Below are positions 19,032 through 28,779 of a stretch of 64,000 nucleotides of DNA, piece after piece. Position numbers and translations under genes: made by a program. The stretch covers positions 2,176,001 through 2,240,000 of the forward strand of contig OY781964.1 of assembly GCA_963677485.1 (NCBI GenBank), written 5' to 3'. The notes under the pieces are model-generated. The model did no database searches. It was not told where the DNA came from and saw only the letters and a program-made list of their open reading frames with translations. Origin of the DNA: Armatimonadota bacterium (GTDB lineage Bacteria; Armatimonadota; HRBIN16). Each line of letters begins with the position of its first letter. The first letter of the stretch is position 1.

Positions 19032-21389
19032 ATGCCCACCACGAACTATAAAGAGGGAAAACGTATGGATCAGGCTTTCACTAACTCAATCGGAATGCGG
19101 ATGCTGCCCATATCACCAGGTTCGTTCGTGATGGGTGGCCAAACGTCCATCGCTGAGGGCTGGTATGAAAAGCCGGCGCACAGTGTGAAGATCACAAGCT
19201 CCTTTTGCATCTCGGAAACTGAGGTCACACTGGCTCAGTTCCGCAAGTTCCGACCCGACTTCGTGGCGGTTCCGGGCAGTGAGCTGTACGTATCGGGCGT
19301 AAGCTGGCACGATGCGGTGGCATTCTGTGAGTGGTTAAGCCGCGCTGAGGGCAAACCCTACCGTCTGCCCACCGAGGCCGAATGGGAATACTCCTGTCGA
19401 GTCGGCTCCACCAGCCTGTTCTGGAACGGCGATACCCGCCCGGAGCTGGGTCAGCCAAACCCCTGGGGGCTGAAGAACCTGCATGGCGGGGTCCGTGAGT
19501 GGTGCCTGGACTGGTATTCGGATTATCCCGCCGACGGTGGGGATCAAACAGACCCCATCGGGCCTGCCGACGGCATGGCCCGAGTGGTCCGCGGAGGCGG
19601 CCTGGATAACGATGATGCGCAGTATGCGCATTCGGCCAGCCGGGCGGGTATCGCACCGGATTTCGGATGGTTGCCAGGATCGGCCGTTAACACAATGGCC
19701 GGACAACACCGCATCGGCTTTCGGCTGGTCCAGGGCGCGCTGCCTAAAACGCGGCCAATGCCTGCTACTGCACCCTTCCCGCTGGCGTGCATCAAGCAAA
19801 CGGCCACTGGCATCACCAAGGGGCCTGACCCTTCAAAGCCCTGGTACCATAGAAGGTACCTGCTGCCCACACCGCCCGAAAATGTGGAATACTCGGACTA
19901 CGCCCCCTCTGGTATTCAAGCAGGCGTGATGCGGCACAACCACAGCCCGGCACTGGAGGTCTGCCCCAACGGCGACCTGCTTCTGGTAATCTACACATCA
20001 GCGGGTCAGGAGTATGAGCCGGAAGTGGGGATGATTGCCTCCCGTCTGCGCTACGGTTCAGAGGAGTGGGATATGCCGGAGAGGGCGTTCGACTTCCCCG
20101 GGGTGAATGACCATGCGCCCTGCCTCTGGCGTGATAAACGCGACCTGCATCTCTTTTGGGGCTGCCCAAACCTTCCTGGCGGCTATCCGTTCAATTGGAT
20201 GAGCTCAAAGGACAGCGGAGCGACCTGGAGTGATGTGAGATTCCCCAAATTCAACGCACCCGTTGGGCCCCACGCACGGCAGCCGATTGCCACCGCCTTT
20301 AGGGGCGCTGATGGCGCCATGTATCTCTCCAGCGACGGGGCGGGTCAGACGTCGGTGCTGTGGAGCAGTCGGGACAACGGTAAAAGCTGGCATGATGCTG
20401 GCGCACCGAATGTGTTAAACGCGGCCGCCCGGCCCAAGCTGACCGATGGACTGAACCTGACGGATGGACGTAGTGCGGGTAGGCACACCGCTTATGTGAT
20501 GCTTAAGGACGGCAGCATCCTTGCGATGGGCGGCAAGAACACCGACATCGATGGGCACATGCCAAAAGCCATCTCAAAGGACGGCGGGAAGACATGGACG
20601 GTCAGTAAAACACCGTTCCACACCGTGGGCGGCAACCAACGCCCCTGCATTGTCAGGCTGCAAAGCGGTCGGCTGTTCTTCTCCACCGACATGCACTCCA
20701 ACACATCACCCCATACGCCCGACATCAAGATGACTGGTGCTGTGGTGGCCCTTTCGGATGATGAAGGTCAGACTTGGACGATCAAACTGCTGCCGGGCAC
20801 ACTTGCGCACGAAAGCGGCCAGCTAGGAACCCAAACCACTCTGGGATACAGCGTGGCACGGCAGGCGGCCAACGGCATCATCCACCTCATCACCACAATG
20901 AACAGCCCCTGTCTGCACTTCGAGCTCAATGAGGCCTGGATCCTTTCGGATTCCGCCGGCGTATCGCAGCACCAACAGCCGAAGGTGACGGGTGTCCGCA
21001 AGTATAAGGAGAGTTCGCGGGGCAATCTCAGAGCGGAGTGGTCAGCCGGCACCGCGGAGGATGGCCGTTACCTGCTCGATGGCCGTCAGGTGGTGTATTA
21101 CCCCAATGGCCGCATCCAATGGGAGGCGGTGTATAAGGCCGGAGTGAAAGCCGGCGATGAACACTACAACGCCCCAGATGGGAAACGCATCTGGGCTTGG
21201 CGTCACCATGACGATGGCACGAATACCTGGAGCCAGTGGTGGCCCAACGGGCAGATGAGGTGCGAATCGACCTGGCGTGACATGCACTGCGAAGGCCTGG
21301 CCCGAAGCTGGGATGTGAAAGGCAGGCTTGTAAACACATCCACCTACACCGCTGGTCGAGTGACAACCAGCAAGAAATCTGGCCAATGA
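19032..21389 (+). CDS. FGE-sulfatase (SUMF1-like) domain + BNR/sialidase-like beta-propeller + C-terminal MORN-like repeats
   Basis: [23 protein letters not shown] and RVVRGG; Asp-boxes [32 protein letters not shown]; YYPNG/WWPNGQ repeats. Alternative start at 19065. Confidence 0.8.
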   Translation: MPTTNYKEGKRMDQAFTNSIGMRMLPISPGSFVMGGQTSIAEGWYEKPAHSVKITSSFCISETEVTLAQFRKFRPDFVAVPGSELYVSGVSWHDAVAFCEWLSRAEGKPYRLPTEAEWEYSCRVGSTSLFWNGDTRPELGQPNPWGLKNLHGGVREWCLDWYSDYPADGGDQTDPIGPADGMARVVRGGGLDNDDAQYAHSASRAGIAPDFGWLPGSAVNTMAGQHRIGFRLVQGALPKTRPMPATAPFPLACIKQTATGITKGPDPSKPWYHRRYLLPTPPENVEYSDYAPSGIQAGVMRHNHSPALEVCPNGDLLLVIYTSAGQEYEPEVGMIASRLRYGSEEWDMPERAFDFPGVNDHAPCLWRDKRDLHLFWGCPNLPGGYPFNWMSSKDSGATWSDVRFPKFNAPVGPHARQPIATAFRGADGAMYLSSDGAGQTSVLWSSRDNGKSWHDAGAPNVLNAAARPKLTDGLNLTDGRSAGRHTAYVMLKDGSILAMGGKNTDIDGHMPKAISKDGGKTWTVSKTPFHTVGGNQRPCIVRLQSGRLFFSTDMHSNTSPHTPDIKMTGAVVALSDDEGQTWTIKLLPGTLAHESGQLGTQTTLGYSVARQAANGIIHLITTMNSPCLHFELNEAWILSDSAGVSQHQQPKVTGVRKYKESSRGNLRAEWSAGTAEDGRYLLDGRQVVYYPNGRIQWEAVYKAGVKAGDEHYNAPDGKRIWAWRHHDDGTNTWSQWWPNGQMRCESTWRDMHCEGLARSWDVKGRLVNTSTYTAGRVTTSKKSGQ

Positions 21390-21420
21390 TGGGTACGGCC
21401 ATCCGCCCGGCTCACAGTAG

Positions 21421-23343
21421 GTGGCCGTCACTCTCATGAAATGGATGGGGATCATCATGCTCATCGCCATGTGCTGCGCAGCGTATGCCCAGACCGGCCC
21501 GCAGAGTGGCCGGTATTTCGTGATCACTGTCGTGGATGACGAGACCGGCAGAGGCGTGCCTTTGGTAGAGCTCTCCACCACCAACAACATCAAATTGTAT
21601 ACCGACAGCAACGGCATCATCGCCTTCTACGAGCCGGGTTTGATGGGGCTGGATGTCCACTTCATGGTGAAGAGCCATGGCTATGAGTATCCCAAAGACG
21701 GCTTCGGCTACGCTGGTATTACTCTCAAGGTAGTCGAGGGTGGCAAGGCGGAGCTGCGTATCAAGCGCATCAACCTTGCGGAGCGGCTCTACCGTGTCAC
21801 CGGCCAGGGCATCTACTCGGACAGCGTGCTGGCAGGGATCAAGCTGCCCACGAGTCAGCCGGTGATCAATGGGCTGGTGATGGGCCAGGATTCCGTGCTA
21901 ACCACTATATATAAAGGTAAGCTCTGGTGGTTCTGGGGCGACACCGGTCGCCCGGCCTACCCGCTGGGGAACTTCCATACCACCGGGGCCAGCTCGCTGC
22001 TGCCTGGTTCTGGCGGGTTGGACCCTTCGGCCGGTGTTGATTTGGACTACATCCTGAACGAGGAGGGGTTCACTAAGGAGATGGCCCGCTTCTCTAAGGT
22101 TGGCCCAACCTGGCTTGGTGGACTGGTGACCTTAAAGGACGCCTCGGGCACGGTGCGGATGTACGCCATGTATTCGAACGTCGACCAGTCGATGAACACA
22201 CTGAACGCCGGTATCGCCGAGTTCCAAGATGAGCTGCAGCAGTTCAAACCCGTGCGCCGTATTGACCACAAGGGCCCCATCATGCCGGGTGGGCACCCGT
22301 TTAAAGTCAGCGATGGAGGCCAGCCCTTCATCTTCTTCTCACCGGGCAGCCGTGTGGTTGCTGACAAGGAACACCTGCTGAACCCCGGCAGCTATGAGGC
22401 GTTCACGTGCACCAAACCGGGCAGCCGCGAGAAGAGCATCAGCATCGAGCGCGTCCGCAACGGCCGTCCCGTGTTTGGATGGAAGCGCGATACGCCGTTC
22501 CTGTGGCCGGCCGATGAAGCGCGGCTGATCAAAGAGGGCGTGTTGAGGCCATCCGAGGCGTTGTTTCACATCCAGGACATTGCCACCGGCAAACCTGTGG
22601 GATACCACGGCGCGAGCATCAACTGGAACGCCTACCGTGGCCGCTGGGTCATGATTATGTCGGAGCTGTTCGGCAGCTCCACGTTGGGTGAGGTTTGGTA
22701 TCTGGAGGCCGACACGCCGCTTGGTCCCTGGGTGTATGCCCGCAAGATCGTCACCCACGACACCTACAGCTTCTATAACCCGCGCCACCATCCCATGTTC
22801 GACCAGCAGAACGGCAAGCTGATCTACTTCGAGGGCACCTACACCACCACCTTCTCTGGTAACACCAACCCCACACCGCGTTACGAGTATAACCAGATGA
22901 TGTACAGGCTGGATTTATCGAACCCCAAACTGGTCTTACCAGTGCCGGTGTATGTGCTGTCAAATCCGGACTTGCCAGATCAGTTCGCCACACTCTCAGG
23001 CGTGCCAGACGATGTGCAGAAGCTGCCGATCGCTTTCTTCGCGCCAGATCAGCCAGGCGAGGGCACGGTGCCCATCTACCAGCAGGATGGCGCATTGGTG
23101 ACGGGCAGCAAGGCCACCAAGCAAGCCGCCCCACTCTTCTACGCGCTTCCGGCGGACACCGCCAAACCGCCTGCTGCGGCCGTGGCTCTCTACGAATATG
23201 TCTGCGCGAACGACGGCAAACGCGTCTACAGCACCAACCGACGATGGGCGAAGAAAGGCTTCCAACGCTCAGAGCAGCCGCTCTGCTACGTCTGGAAGAA
23301 CCCGATGGGTGTGGAGCTGCCGCTTCATCGCTACGGCAGATAG
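21421..23343 (+). CDS. Secreted hypothetical protein (beta-sandwich N-domain, probable beta-propeller)
   Basis: 640-aa ORF with signal peptide, VVDDETGRGVP carboxypeptidase-regulatory-like start, WFWGDT and GPW motifs, and host-like codon usage. Confidence 0.65.
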   Translation: MAVTLMKWMGIIMLIAMCCAAYAQTGPQSGRYFVITVVDDETGRGVPLVELSTTNNIKLYTDSNGIIAFYEPGLMGLDVHFMVKSHGYEYPKDGFGYAGITLKVVEGGKAELRIKRINLAERLYRVTGQGIYSDSVLAGIKLPTSQPVINGLVMGQDSVLTTIYKGKLWWFWGDTGRPAYPLGNFHTTGASSLLPGSGGLDPSAGVDLDYILNEEGFTKEMARFSKVGPTWLGGLVTLKDASGTVRMYAMYSNVDQSMNTLNAGIAEFQDELQQFKPVRRIDHKGPIMPGGHPFKVSDGGQPFIFFSPGSRVVADKEHLLNPGSYEAFTCTKPGSREKSISIERVRNGRPVFGWKRDTPFLWPADEARLIKEGVLRPSEALFHIQDIATGKPVGYHGASINWNAYRGRWVMIMSELFGSSTLGEVWYLEADTPLGPWVYARKIVTHDTYSFYNPRHHPMFDQQNGKLIYFEGTYTTTFSGNTNPTPRYEYNQMMYRLDLSNPKLVLPVPVYVLSNPDLPDQFATLSGVPDDVQKLPIAFFAPDQPGEGTVPIYQQDGALVTGSKATKQAAPLFYALPADTAKPPAAAVALYEYVCANDGKRVYSTNRRWAKKGFQRSEQPLCYVWKNPMGVELPLHRYGR

Positions 23344-23773
23344 CGGAGTCTACAGGCTGATGTAGTCTGTTATGTCACATTTGGTTGTGCAATGCTTATA
23401 TCGCGGTTGCGATCACAATGAAGCCCCTGAATGTCTGTGTGTTATTTGGTTACACGAAGATAATTGCACTACGGTGCCTCTCGTATTGTCTAAATGCGAG
23501 TTGATGCAATGATGCCGAAATGTTGTCGAATAATCCCGTGCAGTCACGTATAATATGTATGTGGCTATGACTTGAGTCACTAGATATCTGCTCATACATA
23601 TTTGTTATAAATCTTCATAACAACGTTGCTAAGATCAGTTTGTGTCACGCAAATATGCCACATCAAACCAACAGTATGGTGGTATATCATCACAAATATG
23701 ACATAGCTTGGTTCGATCTTTTCAAACCGATTGCCCGCGGTAGTCGTCAGCATCAGCAAGAGGGAGACTCAAG

Positions 23774-26700
23774 ATGGCCATAGATGGAGATTCGACCAAT
23801 CTAATCGATCAACCTGAACATCAAGGGGGATTGACCAGTTCCGCTCTACCTCAGGATCTCACTGTACGCAAACAGTCAGAATTGGCACTGGAGGTCCGTC
23901 TTCGCCTTCTTCAACTCGCACCCACAAGCTCGTTTTCTGATCTCTTAATAGCCATGTTAGACGAAGGTGAGGTTCTGACAGGCAGCCAGATCGGCTTCTT
24001 TCACTTCGTAGCGGCTGACCAGGTCACTCTCTCGCAGCAGGTCTGGTCAACAAATACCACCCGGAATATGTGCAAAGCCGAGCCATTAGCGCACCATTAC
24101 CCTATTGATCAAGCGGGAGTATGGGTGGACTGTATCCGTGAACGCAAGCCGGTCATACATAACGATTATGCCTCCCTTTTGCATCGCAAGGGTTTTCCTG
24201 AGGGACACGCATCGGTCATACGCGAACTGGCGGTACCCATCATACGAAATAATAGCATAGTCGCCATAATCGGTGTCGGTAATAAACAGGTTGACTACAC
24301 GGAATTTGATGTATCAATTGTATCCTCTCTTGCTGACCTGGCTTGGGACATCGTGGATAATAAACGCGCTGTCGAGGCCTTACGTGACAGTGAAGAGACA
24401 TACAGAACCCTTGTCAACGGTGTTCCTGATCTTCTGATGCGTTTTGACCGCCAGTATCGGCCCCTTTTTGTATCTAAAAACATCAGTAGTTTCGCTGACC
24501 TGCAGCCTGCGCAGATGATAGGTAAGACACATCGCGAGCTGGGTTACCAGGAAAAAGACTGCCAGTTCTGGGAAAAATCAATACGTAAGGTTTTTGATAG
24601 TGGATTGCCGCTAGAGACTGAATACACCATCGAAACCGAACAAGGTACATTGGTAAGAAACTGGCGCATATGGCCTGAATTCGATGCCCAGGGTGCTGTT
24701 AAATCGGTGTTCACGATGACCCGTGATATTACCGCACAGCGTCAAGCAGAGCGTAACCATCAGACGCTGTTCCGTGAGATGATCAATGGATTCGCTGTGC
24801 ATGAAATCATCTGTGACGAACAAGGAAACCCAGTCGATTACCGCTTCCTTGATGTTAACCCCGCCTTCGAGAGGATGACCGGACTACGATCAGAAGATAT
24901 CATCGGGCGGTCTGCTTTGGAGTTGTTACCAGGAACAGAGCGGTACTGGATTGAAACTTACGGTAAAGTGGCACTTACTGGTGAACCTGTTTCGTTTGAG
25001 AACTACTCCTCTGAACTGGGTAAATACTTCGAGGTGACGGCATTCCAACCGGCACTTAACCAGTTCGCTTGTATCTTCGCTGACATTACGGAACGAAAAC
25101 AAGCCGCAGACGCCTTGCGGAAGAGCGAAGAGCAGAGCAAGGGTGTCATAGAGACTCTTCCTCTGGCTATCTATATCACTTCTGCGAAGGACCAGTCATC
25201 GGTTTATATCAACCCTACGATGGTTCAGTTTTTTGGTTATACCAAAGATGAAGTACCATCAATCAAGCACTGGCTGCTGCTTGCTTACCCCGATCCTGTG
25301 TACCGCCAACAGATAACTGATGAGTGGTCAAGGCGGGTGAAGCGATATACGGAAACACAGACACCATTCCAGCCGCTTGATGCAGAAGTGACATGCAAAG
25401 ACGGATCCAAGAAGATCGTTTTGTGGGCCTACATCGCTCTTGGCGACGTGAACTATTACTGTGGTCTGAACCAAACCAAGACGAAACGTGCCGAGGCGAA
25501 TTTGCGTCGCAGCGAGCAAAGGTATGCCCGAGCTATTGCGGCTACTTCGGAGGCTATTTGGGAACGGGACCTTATTACCAACAAGACGTTCTATAGTCCT
25601 CGATGGTATGAGATGCTGGGGTATGAAGATGGTGAGTTTGAAATGACATTTGAGGCATGGAAGATGATATGCCATCCAGATGACTTCCCGAACGCCATCG
25701 ACAAGATACAAAAAACTCTGGATAGCGCTGATGATATCAGGTACGAGGCCGAATTCCGTATGAAGACTAAAACGGGCGAATGGCGATGGATATTAGGCAA
25801 AGGTAACGTAGTCGAGCGGGACGCCAGCGGAAAGCCTTTGACCCTCAGTGGCACTAATACAGACATCACTGATCGAAAGCGTACCGAGATTTACCGGCAT
25901 ATGGATACCGACATTTTACATCATCTCAACGAACCTTGTGATATTTCAGAATCGCTGAAACGCGTTGTGGCATGTATCAAAACAAACATCGGGTTTTCGG
26001 CGGTAGGAATCCGCCTGCTGGATGGCGATGAATTCCCTTACCATGCACAAGATGGCTTTCCAAGGCCATTCTTGACGGTCGAAAATACTATTGTGGAGCG
26101 TGGAGCAGATAGCGGCATTTGCCGCGATGACAAAGGTCTGCCCAGACTCGATTGTATCTGCGGATGGGTGATATCTGGAAAGGTTGACATCACGCTGCCG
26201 TTTTGCACACGGGGCGGTAGTTTTTGGACCAACGACCTGGCAAATCTGCTTGATATCCTTTCGAACAATATCCCGTGGCACCAACCGCACTACACATGCA
26301 TCTCACAAGGCTATTCCTCTATGGCAATTGTGCCAATCCGAAACAGTGAACGGATTATTGGCACAATTCAACTCAACGACATGAGTAAAGGCCGCCTTTC
26401 ACTTGATGCAGTTGAGGCACTCGAAGGCATTGCCACGCACATCGGAGCAGCGTTAATGCGTAGGTTAGGCGAAGGCTTGCTTAAACAAGCGTACGTACGT
26501 GAGTCCGTGATCAATGATATTCTACGGTTGGCACTACTGGATGAATCGCTGGATAGTTTGATGAATAAGGCCTTGAACCTGCTGCTCAGTGTACCCATTC
26601 CTGGTCTAGAACCTAAGGGAGCAGTGTTCCTAGTTGACACAACCGGTAATGAGTTAGTGTTGATGGCACAACAAGGATTGGATGAAATGGTGCGGGGTGC

Positions 26701-28522
26701 TTGTGCTCATGTGCCATTTGGTAAATGCCTGTGCGGTCGGGTGGCAACTACTGGGAAACCTCTGTTTGTTAGCCATATAGATGACAATCACGATGTGCGC
26801 TATGATGGGATACAGCCTCACGGACACTACTGCATACCGATGCGTTACGGTGACAGATTGGTGGGAGTCTTAACTACATATACTCGGCCAGGTGAGGCCC
26901 ACTCACAAAAGCTGGAGCATTTCCTAGTCAGTGCGGCTGATATATTGGCTACCGTAGTCACTCGTAAACAATCCGAGGCAACCCTGCGGGCCAGCGAGGA
27001 GCGGTTCCGAAGCTTTTTTGATCTGCCTCTGCACGGAAGAGCTATTACCTCAACAGACAAAAGATGGATAGCAGTGAATGACCAGCTCTGCACATTCCTT
27101 GGCTATGATCGAGACGAAATTTTACACATGACCTGGGAAGAGATGACGCACCCAGATGATATCGCCATCGATCGTGTGCAGTTTGATCGGATGATGTCCG
27201 GCGAAATTGAACGATACAAGATGGATAAGCGCTTCATTCGCAAAGACGGTAAATTGATCTGGGCATCGATCTCGGTAGGCTGTGTACGACGAGCCAACGG
27301 CTCTGTAGAATACGTGGTTTGTGTGTTGGATGATATCACAGATCGTAGAAATGCGGAAACTGAGAAGGCCAAGCTAGAAGAACAACTTCACCAGGCCCTG
27401 AAGATGGATTCGATCGGGCGCCTGGCGGGTGGTGTGGCTCATGATTTTAACAACATGCTAGGGGTGATTATCGGTCACGCGCAGATGGCAATGGATGGCG
27501 TCAACCCGATGGAACCGCTTTATGACGATCTGCACGAAATTTACAAAGCGGCAGACCGCTCCGCTGATCTCACCCGTAATCTGCTGGCGTTTGCCCGAAA
27601 ACAGACCGTTACCCCCAAAGTGATAGACCTAAATACCACAGTTGAAGGCATGTTGAAGATGCTACAGCGACTGATTGGCGAGAACATCGAGCTTCGCTGG
27701 AGTCCTCAGGTAGAGATGTGGCTGGTGAAGGTAGACCCTTCACAGATAGACCAGATATTGGCTAACTTATGTGTGAATGCTCGTGACGCTATCGCCGACA
27801 TCGGTAGAATCACCATACAGACGAACACCATCACCATCGAATCGTCCGATGTGAGCCCCCATATGGAGCTTGCTGCTGGTGACTATGTGCGGCTGACTGT
27901 GAGTGACACCGGTTGCGGGATGGATAAGGAGATGCAGGCTAAGATATTTGAGCCCTTCTATACCACCAAGGGTGTGGGAGAAGGCACCGGCCTGGGTCTT
28001 GCCACTGTGTATGGCGCGGTGAAGCAAAACAACGGATATATCCATGTATACAGCGAGCCCGGTGAAGGAACCACCTTCAATATATACCTGCCCCGGCACA
28101 TTCCAATGGCTCAGCAGGCCGAAACACCGCGGTCAGTAGCACCCGATGCACCAGGGAATGAAACCATCCTGCTGGTTGAGGATGAACCTTCTATACTACG
28201 TATGGTGACCATGATGATCACACGCTCAGGATACAATGTCATATCCGCCTCCACACCTAGAGAGGCAATTCGGCTGGCGGACCAGAATGCCGGTACGATT
28301 GACCTGTTGTTAACCGACGTCGTGATGCCTGAAATGAACGGCCGCGACCTGGCGAAGAACCTGCTGGCACGCTACCCCAGTATGAAACGGCTGTTTATGT
28401 CGGGATATACCGCCGATGTGATCGCCGATCAGGGTCGGGTAGATGACGGGGTTCACTTCATCCAAAAGCCATTTACACTGAAAGATATCAACTTAAAAAT
28501 TAGACAGGCCATAGATGACTAA
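23774..28522 (+). CDS. Cytoplasmic hybrid sensor histidine kinase (GAF-PASx4-GAF-GAF-PAS-HisKA-HATPase-REC), 1582 aa
   Basis: GGVAHDFNNML H-box; NARDA, DTGCGM, FEPFYTTK and GTGLGL boxes; LLVEDE/LLTDVVMP/KPF receiver; HPDD and DITERK PAS/PAC motifs. Confidence 0.95.
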   Translation: MAIDGDSTNLIDQPEHQGGLTSSALPQDLTVRKQSELALEVRLRLLQLAPTSSFSDLLIAMLDEGEVLTGSQIGFFHFVAADQVTLSQQVWSTNTTRNMCKAEPLAHHYPIDQAGVWVDCIRERKPVIHNDYASLLHRKGFPEGHASVIRELAVPIIRNNSIVAIIGVGNKQVDYTEFDVSIVSSLADLAWDIVDNKRAVEALRDSEETYRTLVNGVPDLLMRFDRQYRPLFVSKNISSFADLQPAQMIGKTHRELGYQEKDCQFWEKSIRKVFDSGLPLETEYTIETEQGTLVRNWRIWPEFDAQGAVKSVFTMTRDITAQRQAERNHQTLFREMINGFAVHEIICDEQGNPVDYRFLDVNPAFERMTGLRSEDIIGRSALELLPGTERYWIETYGKVALTGEPVSFENYSSELGKYFEVTAFQPALNQFACIFADITERKQAADALRKSEEQSKGVIETLPLAIYITSAKDQSSVYINPTMVQFFGYTKDEVPSIKHWLLLAYPDPVYRQQITDEWSRRVKRYTETQTPFQPLDAEVTCKDGSKKIVLWAYIALGDVNYYCGLNQTKTKRAEANLRRSEQRYARAIAATSEAIWERDLITNKTFYSPRWYEMLGYEDGEFEMTFEAWKMICHPDDFPNAIDKIQKTLDSADDIRYEAEFRMKTKTGEWRWILGKGNVVERDASGKPLTLSGTNTDITDRKRTEIYRHMDTDILHHLNEPCDISESLKRVVACIKTNIGFSAVGIRLLDGDEFPYHAQDGFPRPFLTVENTIVERGADSGICRDDKGLPRLDCICGWVISGKVDITLPFCTRGGSFWTNDLANLLDILSNNIPWHQPHYTCISQGYSSMAIVPIRNSERIIGTIQLNDMSKGRLSLDAVEALEGIATHIGAALMRRLGEGLLKQAYVRESVINDILRLALLDESLDSLMNKALNLLLSVPIPGLEPKGAVFLVDTTGNELVLMAQQGLDEMVRGACAHVPFGKCLCGRVATTGKPLFVSHIDDNHDVRYDGIQPHGHYCIPMRYGDRLVGVLTTYTRPGEAHSQKLEHFLVSAADILATVVTRKQSEATLRASEERFRSFFDLPLHGRAITSTDKRWIAVNDQLCTFLGYDRDEILHMTWEEMTHPDDIAIDRVQFDRMMSGEIERYKMDKRFIRKDGKLIWASISVGCVRRANGSVEYVVCVLDDITDRRNAETEKAKLEEQLHQALKMDSIGRLAGGVAHDFNNMLGVIIGHAQMAMDGVNPMEPLYDDLHEIYKAADRSADLTRNLLAFARKQTVTPKVIDLNTTVEGMLKMLQRLIGENIELRWSPQVEMWLVKVDPSQIDQILANLCVNARDAIADIGRITIQTNTITIESSDVSPHMELAAGDYVRLTVSDTGCGMDKEMQAKIFEPFYTTKGVGEGTGLGLATVYGAVKQNNGYIHVYSEPGEGTTFNIYLPRHIPMAQQAETPRSVAPDAPGNETILLVEDEPSILRMVTMMITRSGYNVISASTPREAIRLADQNAGTIDLLLTDVVMPEMNGRDLAKNLLARYPSMKRLFMSGYTADVIADQGRVDDGVHFIQKPFTLKDINLKIRQAIDD

Positions 28523-28640
28523 GCGTGATCGCTATCTGTCGGGTGGAGGGTGCAGGGATTACAACGCAATGACGCAAAGGCGTATGAGACGCTGAGGGTA
28601 TTTGACCGGGCCGGTATGTCGGTAGGGGCGTGCCTGTCTG

Positions 28641-28696
28641 AACCACGGAATACACGGATGACGCGGATGGGGACGGATAGCGACGGATAGGGACGG
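28641..28696. repeat. Family D triple short direct-repeat motifs
   Basis: AACCACGGAATACACGGATGACGCGGAT followed by GGACGGATAG-CGACGGATAG-GGACGG. Confidence 0.6.
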
Positions 28697-28779
28697 AAAA
28701 TTCAATCGGGAGATTGACGTTTGCAGGGAGGCACGCTGTATGTCACGAGTTTGCATATTCATATGATGTGTTCGTAACA

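Noticed and set aside
19032-19740. Diversity-generating retroelement target (FGE-type C-lectin fold)
   Set aside because: The domain is N-terminal, and I see no reverse transcriptase and no template repeat differing only at adenines.
23345-23770. CRP/FNR-type operator array upstream of the hybrid kinase
   Set aside because: Several TCAC half-sites are present, but those I checked do not form a correctly spaced TGTGA-N6-TCACA palindrome.
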